Position numbers and translations under genes: made by a program. Below, in pieces: positions 12,403 to 24,301 of a DNA stretch of 64,000 bases. The notes below the pieces were generated by a model. It was given only the letters and a program-made list of their open reading frames with translations. It was not told the origin of the DNA and made no database searches. Each line of letters begins with the position of its first letter. Positions within the stretch are counted from its first letter, which is position 1. Source of the stretch: Tubulanus polymorphus (Eukaryota > Animalia > Nemertea); the NCBI RefSeq assembly GCF_964204645.1, contig NC_134028.1, positions 15,507,653 to 15,571,652 of the forward strand, in the 5' to 3' direction.

Positions 12403-14026
12403 TTATTTTATAAATTTATATTCATAGGGAAATTGAAGCCTCAGAATTTATTTTGAACCTTTATTACTTTTTAATTTATTCATATATTCATCATGTAATG
12501 CAGTAGGTATAATTTGATTTTCTTGCAATGATTGTTGCATAGATTTTCTATCTTTGTTATAAAATAAAACTAAAAATCTTATATTCTCCCTAAAATCTTT
12601 CACAATTGAATTATATTTTTGATTTAAAACCCAAGTTGTTATCCCAAAATGTCTCCCAGAGAAAGCTAAATAACATAACTCACTTTCTCTAACTTTTGAA
12701 TCATGTAAATTTGCACAATCATCCACAATGAATAATGTATTTGATCCTTTATAAATATCAATTGCTATTTTTATACAATTATCTAAATTTTCTTTTACTG
12801 TTTTAGGATCTAATATATTAATCTTTTTTATCTTAAAGGCCGACTTAAATGGAGGTCCAAAAACCCGCCGGTTGGTACTTGAGATATGCAGTGCAGGCCA
12901 CATCCCACTAGCAACTAGCAAGCGGTAGTTTGTTTAAAGTGTTTACTGGAACATCTGGCTCACACCAGTATCACACTGACACATAAAAAAAAACTGTTTT
13001 CGTATATGTTTGATATCATTTTAGTCATAGTAATCTTATTAATTAGAATTCGCTGATTTTGTCGATGTTTTTTGATAAGAATTCCTCCAGTAATAATGTT
13101 GAACATAAAATCTGTATTTTCAATATATTCAATTTTTGTCCGATTTTGATGAAATTTTCACACATTTTTACTGATAAGGAGTTAAGATGATATATAAATT
13201 TTCAGTTTGACACAACTTTCAGGTCAAAAGTTTTCTAACCCCCAAAATTAGGCACTAGAGAGCTGCAACTGTTTTGTTTATATAGGTTTATGACTACAGG
13301 TCACTGTGCTCTCTGTGGTGAGGTGAGTAACTCCTCCCAGCTTGTCATTCAAAGATTTGAAAGTTTGAAGAATGCACTAAGTAAATTGCTAATTTATGCA
13401 TGAAGGAGGGCTTAAACTAAATTTTAAGCCGTAGATATGACTATATTACATGTTTACACATATCCCTACTTACACTAGCTTACACTAGAGAGCTGCAACT
13501 GTTTTGTTTATATAGGTTTATGACTACAGGTCACTGTGCTCTCTGTGGTGAGGTGAGTAACTCCTCCCAGCTTGTCATTCAAAGATTTGAAAGTTTGAAG
13601 AATGCACTAAGTAAATTGCTAATTTATGCATGAAGGAGGGCTTAAACTAAATTTTAAGCCGTAGATATGACTATATTACATGTTTACACATATCCCTGAC
13701 TTAAAAAGGAGGGTCCAAATCGGTTAACTGACGGAGATATTAGGGAAATACCAGTTTCAACGCTGGAGCTCTTGACTGCTCCATGGGTTCAGAGATACTG
13801 CCATGTCTGACAGATGATGGGCCTTTTATACTTGAAGTCGGCCATTAACTATATCCCAATTATATGTTTTATTCATTTCATAAGTAGGGCAGAATAATAT
13901 TATATTATCAAAATGATTTTTATAGATAGTTTCTAACAAATCTAATATGAAATGTGTTTTACCGCAGTTGGTTACTCCAGTTACTAACATTTTATGCGGC
14001 TCAAATATAAATAAATCTTTATTCAT
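12403..14026 (-). pseudogene. A32/FtsK-like packaging ATPase of the older Polinton, interrupted by a TTAA transposon
   Basis: Walker A GVTNCGKT, Walker B IVDD, SGRHFGI. Removing 12837-13848 restores YNWDIVKIKKINILDPKTV in frame. Premature TAA at 12448. Confidence 0.92.
12837..13844. mobile_element. Non-autonomous DNA transposon with TTAA TSD (Kolobok-like termini)
   Basis: TTAA|AGGCCGACTT...AAGTCGGCCA|TTAA. Contains an internal 215-bp direct duplication (13253-13467 and 13483-13697). Confidence 0.8.
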
Positions 14027-14029
14027 TAA

Positions 14030-15040
14030 TTCTTTTAATTTTACTAGATAAAATCCATTCATTAAATTTGTATTCTATTTCATCTGGATTCGGTACAAGT
14101 GATAATTCATGTTCATAAAAATAACCTAATATTTCTTCATCTTTTAAATCTTCCAATTTATACACAAATGGTTTACTTAATATTATCTTTTTATTCTTGA
14201 ATATTTCTTCAGTAAAATTTGGAGTATAACCTTTATAAAATGTTTTCGATATTTAGATATTCTAACATGTTGTCCAATTTAAAATTTAGGTTCTCCAAAA
14301 TCATGTGTTACAAACGCACCATATAAATTATTCCAAACTATTTCTGAATTATCTTCTTTTCTGGCTTGTATAGGTTTCATACCAATACTTGAATGTTTAG
14401 AATTATTATAACCTTTCACTAAATCATCTAATAAATCGATATATTTATATGTTTCATTTGCTGTAAAATATTTCCACATTCTAGATTTCAATGTTTTATT
14501 TAAATCTTTCTATAATAGATGCTTTTTTATCTGAATGCGTTGAAAAATATTCTATATTGTTATCAGATATTAGTTTTTTTAAATGTTTATTATAGAATAC
14601 CTTACCTTCATCAAATTGTATCTTATCTTGGATAGCTTCTTTAAATATTAATTTGAACGCATTAGTAACTTCTAAACCAGTTTTATTTTTGATTGGAATT
14701 GACCATGCGTATCTACTGAATATATCTATAACATTTAATATCCAGAAATATCCTTTGTTGTATACTTCTAAGGTCTTCATGTCAATCAAATCTGCTTGCC
14801 ATTGTTGATCAATATATGAAACCATAACTTTCCTTGTTAAATAGTTTTTATCCATTTTTTATGGATTTGATACGTTGGTTGATTTTGTAACCATAATATT
14901 AGTTCACTATATTTTATATTTTCTTTATCAGATTTAATTTTATCCCATAATTCTGAAACACTAGAATATGATACTTCACTCTCTGGGTTATAATATAAAT
15001 CTCTTAAATATTGTTCTTTTTTCATCTTATTTTAATCCAT
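14030..15040 (-). pseudogene. rve/DDE integrase of the older Polinton (frameshifted)
   Basis: Fragments YYNPES, QWQADLIDM, IQFDEG, KASIIERF and RMWKYFTAN are homologous to 24979-26037. Confidence 0.92.
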
Positions 15041-15409
15041 TTATAGTAATCTTGATTTATTTTCAATGATTTTATCATTTGATTTATTTTCTGGTATCAT
15101 AGGTTTATAATTATCACTACTATCATTATTATCATTATTATTAGATTTGAATTCATATTTATATATTACACCAGAGAATATGATAACTGTGATTATCCCA
15201 ATTGTAATATATAAGTAATTATTTCTTCCAGTATTGGAAGCATTAGATGGATTATCATTCGAATTAATAACAGATAATTTCTGTGATTCATTTATATCAT
15301 TTAATTTCTTTTTCTTAGCTCTTTTTAATTCTGAAGATCTTTTACCTAACTTCCTAGCCCATTTAATTTGTTTTTCAGATCTAGGCTTTTTCTGAATATC
15401 AGCACTCAT
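15041..15409 (-). CDS. Small basic protein with one predicted TM helix (older Polinton)
   Basis: KKPRSEKQIKWARKLG and YLYITIGIITVIIFSGVIY. Homolog at 23060-23458. TAAATG start. Confidence 0.7.
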   Translation of the reverse strand: MSADIQKKPRSEKQIKWARKLGKRSSELKRAKKKKLNDINESQKLSVINSNDNPSNASNTGRNNYLYITIGIITVIIFSGVIYKYEFKSNNNDNNDSSDNYKPMIPENKSNDKIIENKSRLL

Positions 15410-16266
15410 TTATTTTACTTAATTTTTGTTCTGATTCAATATCTGTTTCGATATTTTCTGATTTACTATTATCTTTACATACTATAGGTTTGATATTAGA
15501 AAATGTTATTAAACCAGTAGAAATTAATGTCATTATTCCACCTAATTGGAATGAAGCGTATCCAACCCATTTTTGTAGTTCTGTCATTACTAAATAGTCA
15601 TTTTTCAAATCACTATATAATTTATTTTCATCATCAATTGGAATTACTCGGTTACACAATTTAGAATAACATTTAACTATTCCATCACCAATAGAGTCAT
15701 TTATTCTAGCTAATCTAGCTTTGTTACCTGGTATTATATTGTAAGAATTGTATTGTACTGCCTGGCTGACTAGCATTTTTGGCAGTGGGTCACTGGTTTA
15801 ATCCAGCTGTCACAGTTTGTGCCTCCTTAATGCCTGCTAATATATATACCACTGCCGGGCTTGTATTAGTCAGTCAGACCTAGGCCGTTCTTGGAACTAT
15901 TAATGTGTCGCGCTATTTTATATCTGTTGTTAGCAGTTTCTTGTTAGCTTGGACGTTTACTCCACATCAGAGGATTTGTCTTTGACTCGCGTGTAACAGC
16001 TTCTTCGTATATTTTGAAATGCTTGATTACTTTATCTGGTTTCATATTATCTAATTCTTGAAAAGTTATAATTCTATTTAAAAACTCTTTAGATTTGCCG
16101 CCGGCAATTAGTAATTCTAGATGGTGCTTACATGTTGAATAGTATTTATAATCAATATTATCATTTTGAATACAATTGGAAACAACTGTATCATTATTGC
16201 CAGTAATACCTAAATCCACAATTGTCTTTTCAATATCAATCTATTCTTATTAGATTTCTTTGACAT
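15399..16266 (-). pseudogene. Homolog of the 201-aa Polinton ORF, interrupted by a solo LTR
   Basis: CKHHLELLIAGGK and LYSDLKNDYLVMTEL match 23391-23996. Removing the LTR restores IYEEARLAR. Confidence 0.88.
15722..15998. mobile_element. Solo LTR (277 bp), Gypsy-like
   Basis: TGTTAC...GTAACA termini. 4-bp TSD GCTT at 15718-15721 and 15999-16002. Confidence 0.8.
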
Positions 16267-17656
16267 TTATTTTTGCAAAAAAGCGAAAAAATATAAGTAT
16301 TATAAAATGATACTAGTATCTCTTTGGGTTAATACTAGTATCTCTTTGTGTTAATACTAGTATTGACGTTATTGTTTTTAGCATTGGTTGACGTCTATGA
16401 CGTCATGCCAATACTAGTAAAATGGATCGAAAATAGTAGTACGAAAAAATAGCGCCGACTCTTCTCATTTCCATAGTAACTTCAAATTGTCACTCTGTTC
16501 ACGTAAAACATTAGAAACAGCTGAAAATTACTAAAAAAATGTTTCAATTATTCCCCACAACATAGCGTCGCCAGATTTCTGATTTAATGGTCCAAAAAGT
16601 TATTCGATCGCATTTTTCTCGTTCATTATCTGGTTGATGAGAGCGGGTTAAACAATTGCGTAGCGATATGTCCGCATTGACATTGGCAGTAAAGAATGGG
16701 GAACAGCCTCTTCTGAATAGAAACACATAGAATTATGTACCTGCGGTTTATGAATATCACAGTGTTTGGATATCACTGTTATTCCAACTATCAGTATCCA
16801 TGGGATTATTTGGGATTAATTCTCAGCGTCAGAAAACGTATTTCTAGAGCAGTGGAACGGCAGCCTACTCGTGAATGAAACCCAGATGTGATCGTGCGGA
16901 ATGCCTTTACTAAAGTTAAAACCATTTCATGATGACACGAAACATCAAACGGTAAACGGTAGGCTACCACCATGATACGATATCACCAATAAAGATAGAT
17001 CATTTTATTCAATTTTACCAGAGTTGTTTATTGGAGGAAAATATCATTGTTAAGTACGCCGAGAACAACCATGTTGTATCATCAATCAGTTGACTGACAT
17101 TGTAAAATTCGATTCGGCTATATTCTAATATAAGTTTTCACTTTAGGACGCACTACCCGCCTGCTGCGCACTCATAAGGCGGTAGCACCCTCTTACGCAC
17201 TCGGCAGAGATTCGCTTTGTTGTAGCGGAAATTCGTTTCACTTCGTTCTGTTCTTTTTATTTTCGAGCTGCAGAGTCCTCCCCAGCTCAGTCTAAAATTC
17301 ATATTAAATTCCTATTAAAAGTTTGTATGATGTAAAATAAAACCTTATAATGTATTTGTAACTCTGAGACAAGAATGTTTAATGCTTTGGACTTCGGTCT
17401 GGTGGATTAGAAACTATTTTTATTTCTATCTTAATGAAATATTGTATGATTTAATCTGAATTCAAAAACTGTACCTAAAGACCTTTTCTATGTGTTCGGG
17501 TAACTCCCGGTTTGTATTTTTCGAGTTAATGTGCCTTAATCGATGTTCCCGTGCTTAAATCGATATTTTTATGCTGTGCTCTGTGCCCGAGATGGCGCCA
17601 CTATACGGTTCTTAATTATATTGTGTGCTCGGGGTGCTTTGTTTTTTTTTTGACTT

Positions 17657-19220
17657 TGTCAAATCATTTCAACAGTCGAACAATTTATCATTTCAACTGT
17701 CAAACAATTTATCATTTCAACTGTCAAACAATTTATCATTTCAACTGTCAAACAATTTATCATTACAACTGTCAAACAATTTATCATTTCAACTGTCAAA
17801 CAATTTATCATTAAAACTGTCAAACAATTTATCATTTCAACTGTCAAAGAATTTATCATTTCAACTGTCAAACAATTTATCATTTCAACTGTCTTATCAT
17901 TTCAACTGTCAAATCATTTCAACAGTCGAACAATTTATCATTTCAACTGTCAAACAATTTATCATTTCAACTGTCACACAATTTATCATTTCCACAGTCG
18001 AACAATTTATAATTTCAACTGTCAAACAATTTATCATTTCAACAGTCGAACAATTTATCATTTCAACTGTCAAACAATTTATCATTTCAACTGTCAAACA
18101 ATTTATTATTTCAACTGTCTTATCATTTCAACAGTCGAACAATTTATCATTACAACTGTCAAACAATTTATCATTTCAACTATCAAATCATTTCAACAGT
18201 CGAACAATTTATCATTTCAACTGTCAAACAATTTATCATTTCAACTGTCAAATCATTTCAACAGTCGAACAATTTATCATTTCAACTGTCAAACAATTTA
18301 TCATTTCAACTGTCAAACAATTTATCATTTCAACTGTCAAACAATTTATCATTTCAACTGTCACACAATTTATCATTTCAACTGTCAAACAATTTATAAT
18401 TTCAACTGTTAAACAATTTATCATTTCAACTGTCAAACAATTTATCATTTCAACTGTCAAATCATTTCAACAGTCGAACAATTTATCATTTCAACTGTCA
18501 AACAATTTATCATTTCAAATGTCAAACAATTTATCATTTCAACTGTCAAACAAAACAATTTATCATTTCAACTGTCAAACAATTTATCATTTCAACTGTC
18601 AAACAATTTATCATTTCAACTGTCACACAATTTATCATTTCAACTGTCAAACAATTTATCATTTCAACTGTTAAACAATTTATCATTTCAACTGTCAAAC
18701 AATTTATCATTTCAACTGTCAAATCATTTCAACAGTCGAACAATTTATCATTTCAACTGTCAAACAATTTATCATTTCAGCTTTCAAACAATTTATCATT
18801 TCAACTGTTAAACAATTTATTATTTCAACTGTCAAATCATTTCAACAGTCGAACAATTTATCATTTCAACTGTCAAACAATTTATCATTTCAACAGTCGA
18901 ACAATTTATCATTAAAACTGTCAAACAATTTATCATTTCAACTGTCAAAGAATTTATCATTTCAACTGTCAAACAATTTATCATTTCAACTGTCTTATCA
19001 TTTCAACAGTCGAACAATTTATCATTTCAACTGTCAAACAATTTATCATTTCAAATGTCAAACAATTTATCATTTTAACAGCCAAACAATTTATCATTTC
19101 AACTGTCTTATCATTTCAACAGTCGAACAATTTATCATTTCAACTGTCAAACAATTTATCATTTCAAATGTCAAACAATTTATCATTTTAACAGCCAAAC
19201 AATTTATCATTTCAACAGTC
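17657..19220. repeat. 24-bp satellite, same family as 3252-6822
   Basis: Read directly (AAACAATTTATCATTTCAACTGTC)n. Confidence 0.97.
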
Positions 19221-19293
19221 TATTAGATATTTAAATCATTTAACTAAATTCAATAATTATTTGACTATTTAATTTATTTTCAATGTAGAATTG

Positions 19294-19938
19294 TTACTCT
19301 TTACACCAGTTTTTATGTTTAATTGTTTGGTAATGCTTTGATTTATGTGATTTTGAATATTTACCTCCGCAATAACAATGAATTTTTTCATTAGGATTAA
19401 ATCTTTTGAATTCATTTTCTAAATCACATTGAATTGCGATATGTTTAAAAGATTTACTATTTTCTAAATCACACTGAATTGCAATATCTTTAAAAGAATT
19501 ATTGTTTTCTAAATCACATTGAATTTCAATATTTGATGTATTTTCATTATAAATAATTTGTTTATTATCAAAATTACAATAATATAATCGTCGTTTTTCA
19601 ATTCTTAAGTCTATCCTATCATTAAAAGGAAATTTAAGAATATTTATTATGTTTTCATCTAAATTACCTTTATAATTTAAAACTGTATTAAATATTTTAG
19701 GATTTTTGGCGCCATTATCTAAAGTATCTATTAGTTCAGTAATTAAATATGTTTCATTTAATAATATTTGATTAATTACAGTAATATTATCAATTTTATA
19801 TTGTCTTCCATATACTAAATTTGTTGCTGAAATATAATTTCTAATGTTAAACTGTGAAAATGATTTATTGGTTTCATTGATTTCGATTTTGAAGTTGGGT
19901 TCTTCTTTCTTCATTTTTATAACAAAATTATTACTCAC
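19294..19938 (-). CDS. Third copy of the IQCD-repeat protein, with a 12-aa in-frame deletion
   Basis: 214 aa versus 226 aa, otherwise identical. Confidence 0.6.
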   Translation of the reverse strand: MSNNFVIKMKKEEPNFKIEINETNKSFSQFNIRNYISATNLVYGRQYKIDNITVINQILLNETYLITELIDTLDNGAKNPKIFNTVLNYKGNLDENIINILKFPFNDRIDLRIEKRRLYYCNFDNKQIIYNENTSNIEIQCDLENNNSFKDIAIQCDLENSKSFKHIAIQCDLENEFKRFNPNEKIHCYCGGKYSKSHKSKHYQTIKHKNWCKE

Positions 19939-20252
19939 ACTTTACTCACACTTTTAATATTGAAAATCTCAATTATTTTACTCACACTTTACTCACACTT
20001 TTAATATTGAAAATCTCAATTATTTTACTCACACTTTACTCACATTTTTAATATTAAACAATTTTATCATTTTACTCACACTTTACTCACACTTTTAATA
20101 TTGAAAATCTAAATTATTTTACTCACACTTTACTCACACTTTTAATATTGAACAATTTTATCATTTTATTAGCGCTTTTATATTAAAAAGTGTGTTTATT
20201 TTTGGAAAAAAGCAAAAAAAAAAAAAAAATTTTAACACACGCGCAGCTGTTG

Positions 20253-20465
20253 TTACGCGCACTCACTGTTTATGTGTGTCACAATTTTACTACGTAATAT
20301 TTCTAAAATTTCAATTGTATCTTTTATTTCTAGTGAATCAATATAATTTCTAACATTTTCCATGTAAGGTTTAATATATTTATCAATGTATTTTTTACAA
20401 TATGGGCAATAATATTGATTTTTATTAACATCACTTTTTTCTGTTTGGAACTCACTGTCTCCCAT
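20253..20465 (-). pseudogene. Third copy of the deleted pPolB N-terminus
   Basis: Translation identical to 1971-2183. Confidence 0.85.
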
Positions 20466-21810
20466 TTATTAGGGAAAAAAATTACTTGTGGTGATGAGTG
20501 GTGTCTAGTACTCTAGTACTCTGGTATGAAACCCACATCTTCCAATTACTCATATATAGGCTTTAATACTTCGAATTCCGTTAGTAACAAGAATATTGCT
20601 CAACGAATTTACTTGAAACTTACGTGAGATGTACGGAACACAGGTAGCTTGAGGTAAGTCGAAGGGATCTTTGATTGGGGACCCCGTTCACCAACCAGGG
20701 GGTGTTTTACATTTGAAAATTGTGACATCGCAAAGTTACTGTGTGAGAAAATTTTTTGTCATTTTTTGACTTTTCAGCTTCGGGTGAGCACGAAAGTTGT
20801 TCATAACAGCCCGGAGGTTAAAAAAGTCATTGGCACGCCCCATCTGCGATTAACCGTTTGGGCTCTACGGGCTCGAAAATGGGCCCCCAAATTTTTTAAG
20901 GTGGGAATTAAACCTGTAAGACGCTGGAATACGCATTTTCATCTATATCGACTAAGGGTATCAATGGATTTCTATAAAAATTGATACACATGTACCTGGT
21001 TACAAAACGAAACGAACCCCTCATATGATTAGTTCCCATTTTAACCACTAGGGAGCGTAAATTTGAAAAATCGATTTCAGCATCCATTTTTCGCATTTAA
21101 TGCGGTCTGTTTATTATGAAAATCACAAAACTTGGTATAAGAACAAAGACATGTATGTAATATGCCATCCTGCACGAATAGTTCATACAACTGCCACCAG
21201 GGGACTGTGAAAACAACGATTTTTGCTCCTAGGTCCTTAACCGTTGGCGATAGAATCGAGGTTGCAATGTGTGGTTAGTAGCCCTTTTCAAGAGACTTGT
21301 ATTAATGTATGGTTTAAGTAGGTAACTTATATGGTTCTCCAGGAGCGCCACCTACATTTTGCTGGAAATACATTTTCATTGATAGCTACTAAGCGGATAA
21401 AGGGATCTCTATGAAAATTGATATACATGTACCTGGATATAAGATGCATCGAATCCCGAACATAATTAGTTCCTAATCTAACCACTAGGGGGCGTTTATT
21501 TTGAAAACTCATTCTAGCATCAGTTTTTTCGATTGTAATTCAGTAGTATGCTAACCGGCAAATTACCGGCCACTTGGGCATGGTAAAACTACCGTATCTT
21601 CGTTATTCTCGGTGTCATATCCCCTAACCTTGGTACATTAGAACTTTTCGCGTAGTATCCCATGTGAATCAACATAGCCATGTTATCAGCTGACCCCTAT
21701 GTGGTGCTCCTCATCCAGCAAGGCAGAAACCCGTTATCGCTGCTTTGCAGCTATATTTATTAGGGTTTTCTGTTACATCACAGAAAACCCTATTGAGATT
21801 CGCGTGTTTC

Positions 21811-21842
<32 letters not shown>

Positions 21843-22519
21843 TTTTTTTTCCACACATTTTTTGTCAAAAGTACATAGGCTTTTTTACATTACCGCTGTT
21901 GCCGATACAATCCGTCTCATATGATTCAGCTCAGTTCGATCTACAAATACTCCGTGCGAATTTTGAAGAATCAACGTTACAAAAGCACTGTCGGGCCGTA
22001 CATCGAAAATTGAGCCCCATTCAAAGAGCCGACATGTTTTTCTAAGTCGTCTTTCCGAAATCTACCGCACGTTTCTGGTCACATCGATTATCAATTCAAG
22101 CATAAATTAACAAATTTATTACCCAAAGATTGCACATTCTGTCGCGGTTTTTAAAAACTAATTTTAACAATAACCCATTTTCCTCATCAAATTATAATAC
22201 CAATACACAGGAAATTTACTACTTCAGATTTTAAAAGCACTGTCGAGCCGTAAACATCGACAAATCGACGTGTGTCACTACATCGTCGTTCCGGGAATCA
22301 GCTTCGAGTTTCTCCTCATTCTGAGAATCAAATCAAGTACAAATTAATTTATTACTACCAGTGATTTGGCTGCGGGCGTAAAGCAGTTAATTTAGCAATA
22401 CCTATTTTTCTTTACAAAATTTACCGTGTTTTTACTAAGATAAATCATAAGTGTACCGGGGAGTCGTAAGCCTAAACTAAACACGCCGAAGAGATATAGC
22501 GGAGAAAAGCTGTTATGTC

Positions 22520-22604
22520 AGTAATTGGAAGATGTGGGTTTCAGATCAGAGGTCGAAGGTCGACCACGCATCACCACAAGTAATTTTTTTTCCTTATAAA
22601 TGGG
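22520..22604 (+). repeat. Left TIR (includes promoter motif and ATG of the first ORF)
   Basis: Reverse complement of 37305-37389. Confidence 0.95.
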
Positions 22605-22926
22605 AGATAGAAAAGCATTCTTAGCAACAATAAATAACAGAATTAAACCAACAAAAAAACAATTTGAAATAAAAAAGTTAGTTGATGTTACAAAAGAAAT
22701 TGAACATAAGATATTGAAATTAGAAAAGATAAAAACTAAATATGGAGAGAAAGTATCAGCTAATTTAAGCTACTGTAATGTTAGTACATCACGAGAATTT
22801 AAAGTGTTTTTACCCGATAAATGGGTTTCATTGAGTACAGAGGAATTGAAAGATTTAGTAGGATTTAAAATAATCTATCATGGAAAAAATGAAGACGGTC
22901 ATCATGATTTAGAAATTGTTGATTAA
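22600..22926 (+). CDS. 108-aa hypothetical protein, possibly OB-fold/ssDNA-binding
   Basis: TAAATG start inside the TIR. KTKYG..VFLP..IIYHG pattern. The fold call is inference only. Confidence 0.7.
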   Translation: MGDRKAFLATINNRIKPTKKQFEIKKLVDVTKEIEHKILKLEKIKTKYGEKVSANLSYCNVSTSREFKVFLPDKWVSLSTEELKDLVGFKIIYHGKNEDGHHDLEIVD

Positions 22927-23059
22927 ATTTAAAAAAATAAATTAATAAAAATAATGAATATCTAGAATCTGAAATGACTTATCTGGACAATTTAATTGCT
23001 CCGCGTAGATGGTGCCATAAACGGCACCCACACAGTGATAGACAAAAGTAGTGAGATAT

Positions 23060-23458
23060 TCAATTATTTTTTTGCTTTTTTTCTAAAATATTAATCCATT
23101 TTTTTATTATCAATTTTGGAATTTCAGAAGTACTTTCATTTTTGATAGCAGTTGGTTCAGAATTACTAATATCATGAATTCTATTTGATTTCTTATACCA
23201 ATTACACCCAATCAAAATGAATACAATTACAAATCCAACTGTAAAATATAAATATTTATCAAATATTCTATTATCAGAAGGAGTAGAAATAACAATATTT
23301 TCACCATTTTTATTAACATTTTTATTACTTATTTTTTCTTTTACAGCTTTTTTATATTCTTGTGATTTAATTCCTAATTGCCGAGACCATTCAATTTATT
23401 TCTGAGTTCTCGGTTTTTTCTTCACAGTTAATTCCTTCACTTCTTTCACCTCGCTCAT
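23060..23458 (-). pseudogene. Small basic TM protein with a premature stop at codon 21
   Basis: MSEVKE..KKKPRTQK*IEWSRQLG..YLYFTVGFVIVFILIG. The homolog at 15041-15409 has Q at the stop position. Confidence 0.75.
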
Positions 23459-23996
23459 TTATTATAGAAATATTTTTACTTTCAATATTTGAAAATGTTA
23501 TAACCCCAGTTGATAATAATGTCATAAATCCACCTAATTGAAACGATAAATATCCAATCCATTTATTTAATTCAGTCATTACTAAATAATCATTTTTTAA
23601 ATCGGAATATAATCTATTTTCATCTTCAATTGGAAGTATATAATTACATAATTTACTATAACCTTTTACTACATTTTCTGATATCAAGTCATTAATTATA
23701 GCTGTTCTCGCAGCTTCATAAATCTTAAATAATCTAATAATTTCATCTGATTTCATTGTATCTAATTCATTATAAGTTAAATTTTTACCGACAAATTTTT
23801 TACATTTTCCAGATGCTATTAATATTTCTAATTGATGTTTACAATAAAGATAATATTCATAATTATTATTTGTTGTAACATTATTTAAAGCACCATCATC
23901 TGGAATTAATTTGTTTTCTGTTATTCCTAAATCATCTAAAGTTTTTTCAATTGGAACATCACCATTTTTAGATTTTATTTTCTTTTCACCTACCAT
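23391..23996 (-). CDS. 201-aa conserved Polinton protein with C-terminal hydrophobic segment
   Basis: TAAATG start. Homolog in the older element at 15399-16266. Confidence 0.85.
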   Translation of the reverse strand: MVGEKKIKSKNGDVPIEKTLDDLGITENKLIPDDGALNNVTTNNNYEYYLYCKHQLEILIASGKCKKFVGKNLTYNELDTMKSDEIIRLFKIYEAARTAIINDLISENVVKGYSKLCNYILPIEDENRLYSDLKNDYLVMTELNKWIGYLSFQLGGFMTLLSTGVITFSNIESKNISIINERGERSEGINCEEKTENSEIN

Positions 23997-24019
23997 TTAT
24001 ATAACAAAAAAATTAGTTG

Positions 24020-24300
24020 TGATGTTGCAACTAGAATTCAACTAGAATGTAACTAGAATTCAACTAGATTAACAAGCTAGTTGAAATATTGTTATTTTTG
24101 TTTATTTCTTGTTAAATCTAGTTGATTTTTGTTCCAACTACCAATAACTAGAATTCAACTAGAATGTAACTAGAATTAAACTAGATTAACAAGCTAGTTA
24201 CAATATTGTTAAAATCTAGTTGATTTTTGTTACAACTACCAATAACTAGAATTCAACTAGAATGTAACTAAATATGTAATTGATTAACAAACTAATTGAA
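24020..24300. repeat. Intergenic array of AACTAGA-type short repeats
   Basis: CAACTAGAATTCAACTAGAATGTAACTAGA-like blocks at ~24028, 24146 and 24243. Confidence 0.8.
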
Positions 24301-24301
24301 T

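Larger units (their letters stand above)
17657..20550 (-). mobile_element. Right arm of the fold-back Polinton derivative
   Basis: Ends CCCACATCTTCCAATTACT at 20550, followed by CATATA (20551-20556), which matches the 6 bp before 1886. Confidence 0.85.
1360..21758 (+). mobile_element. HINE element interrupted at CATATA by the fold-back Polinton derivative (own sequence 1360-1885 plus 20551-21758)
   Basis: 5' hairpin TAGGGTTTCTGC..GCAGAAACCCTA (1362-1392) is followed by a (GTT)n(GTCGTT)n(ATT)n microsatellite. The 3' sub-TIR and stem-loop are at 21723-21758. This is the DINE-1/HINE architecture. Confidence 0.6.
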
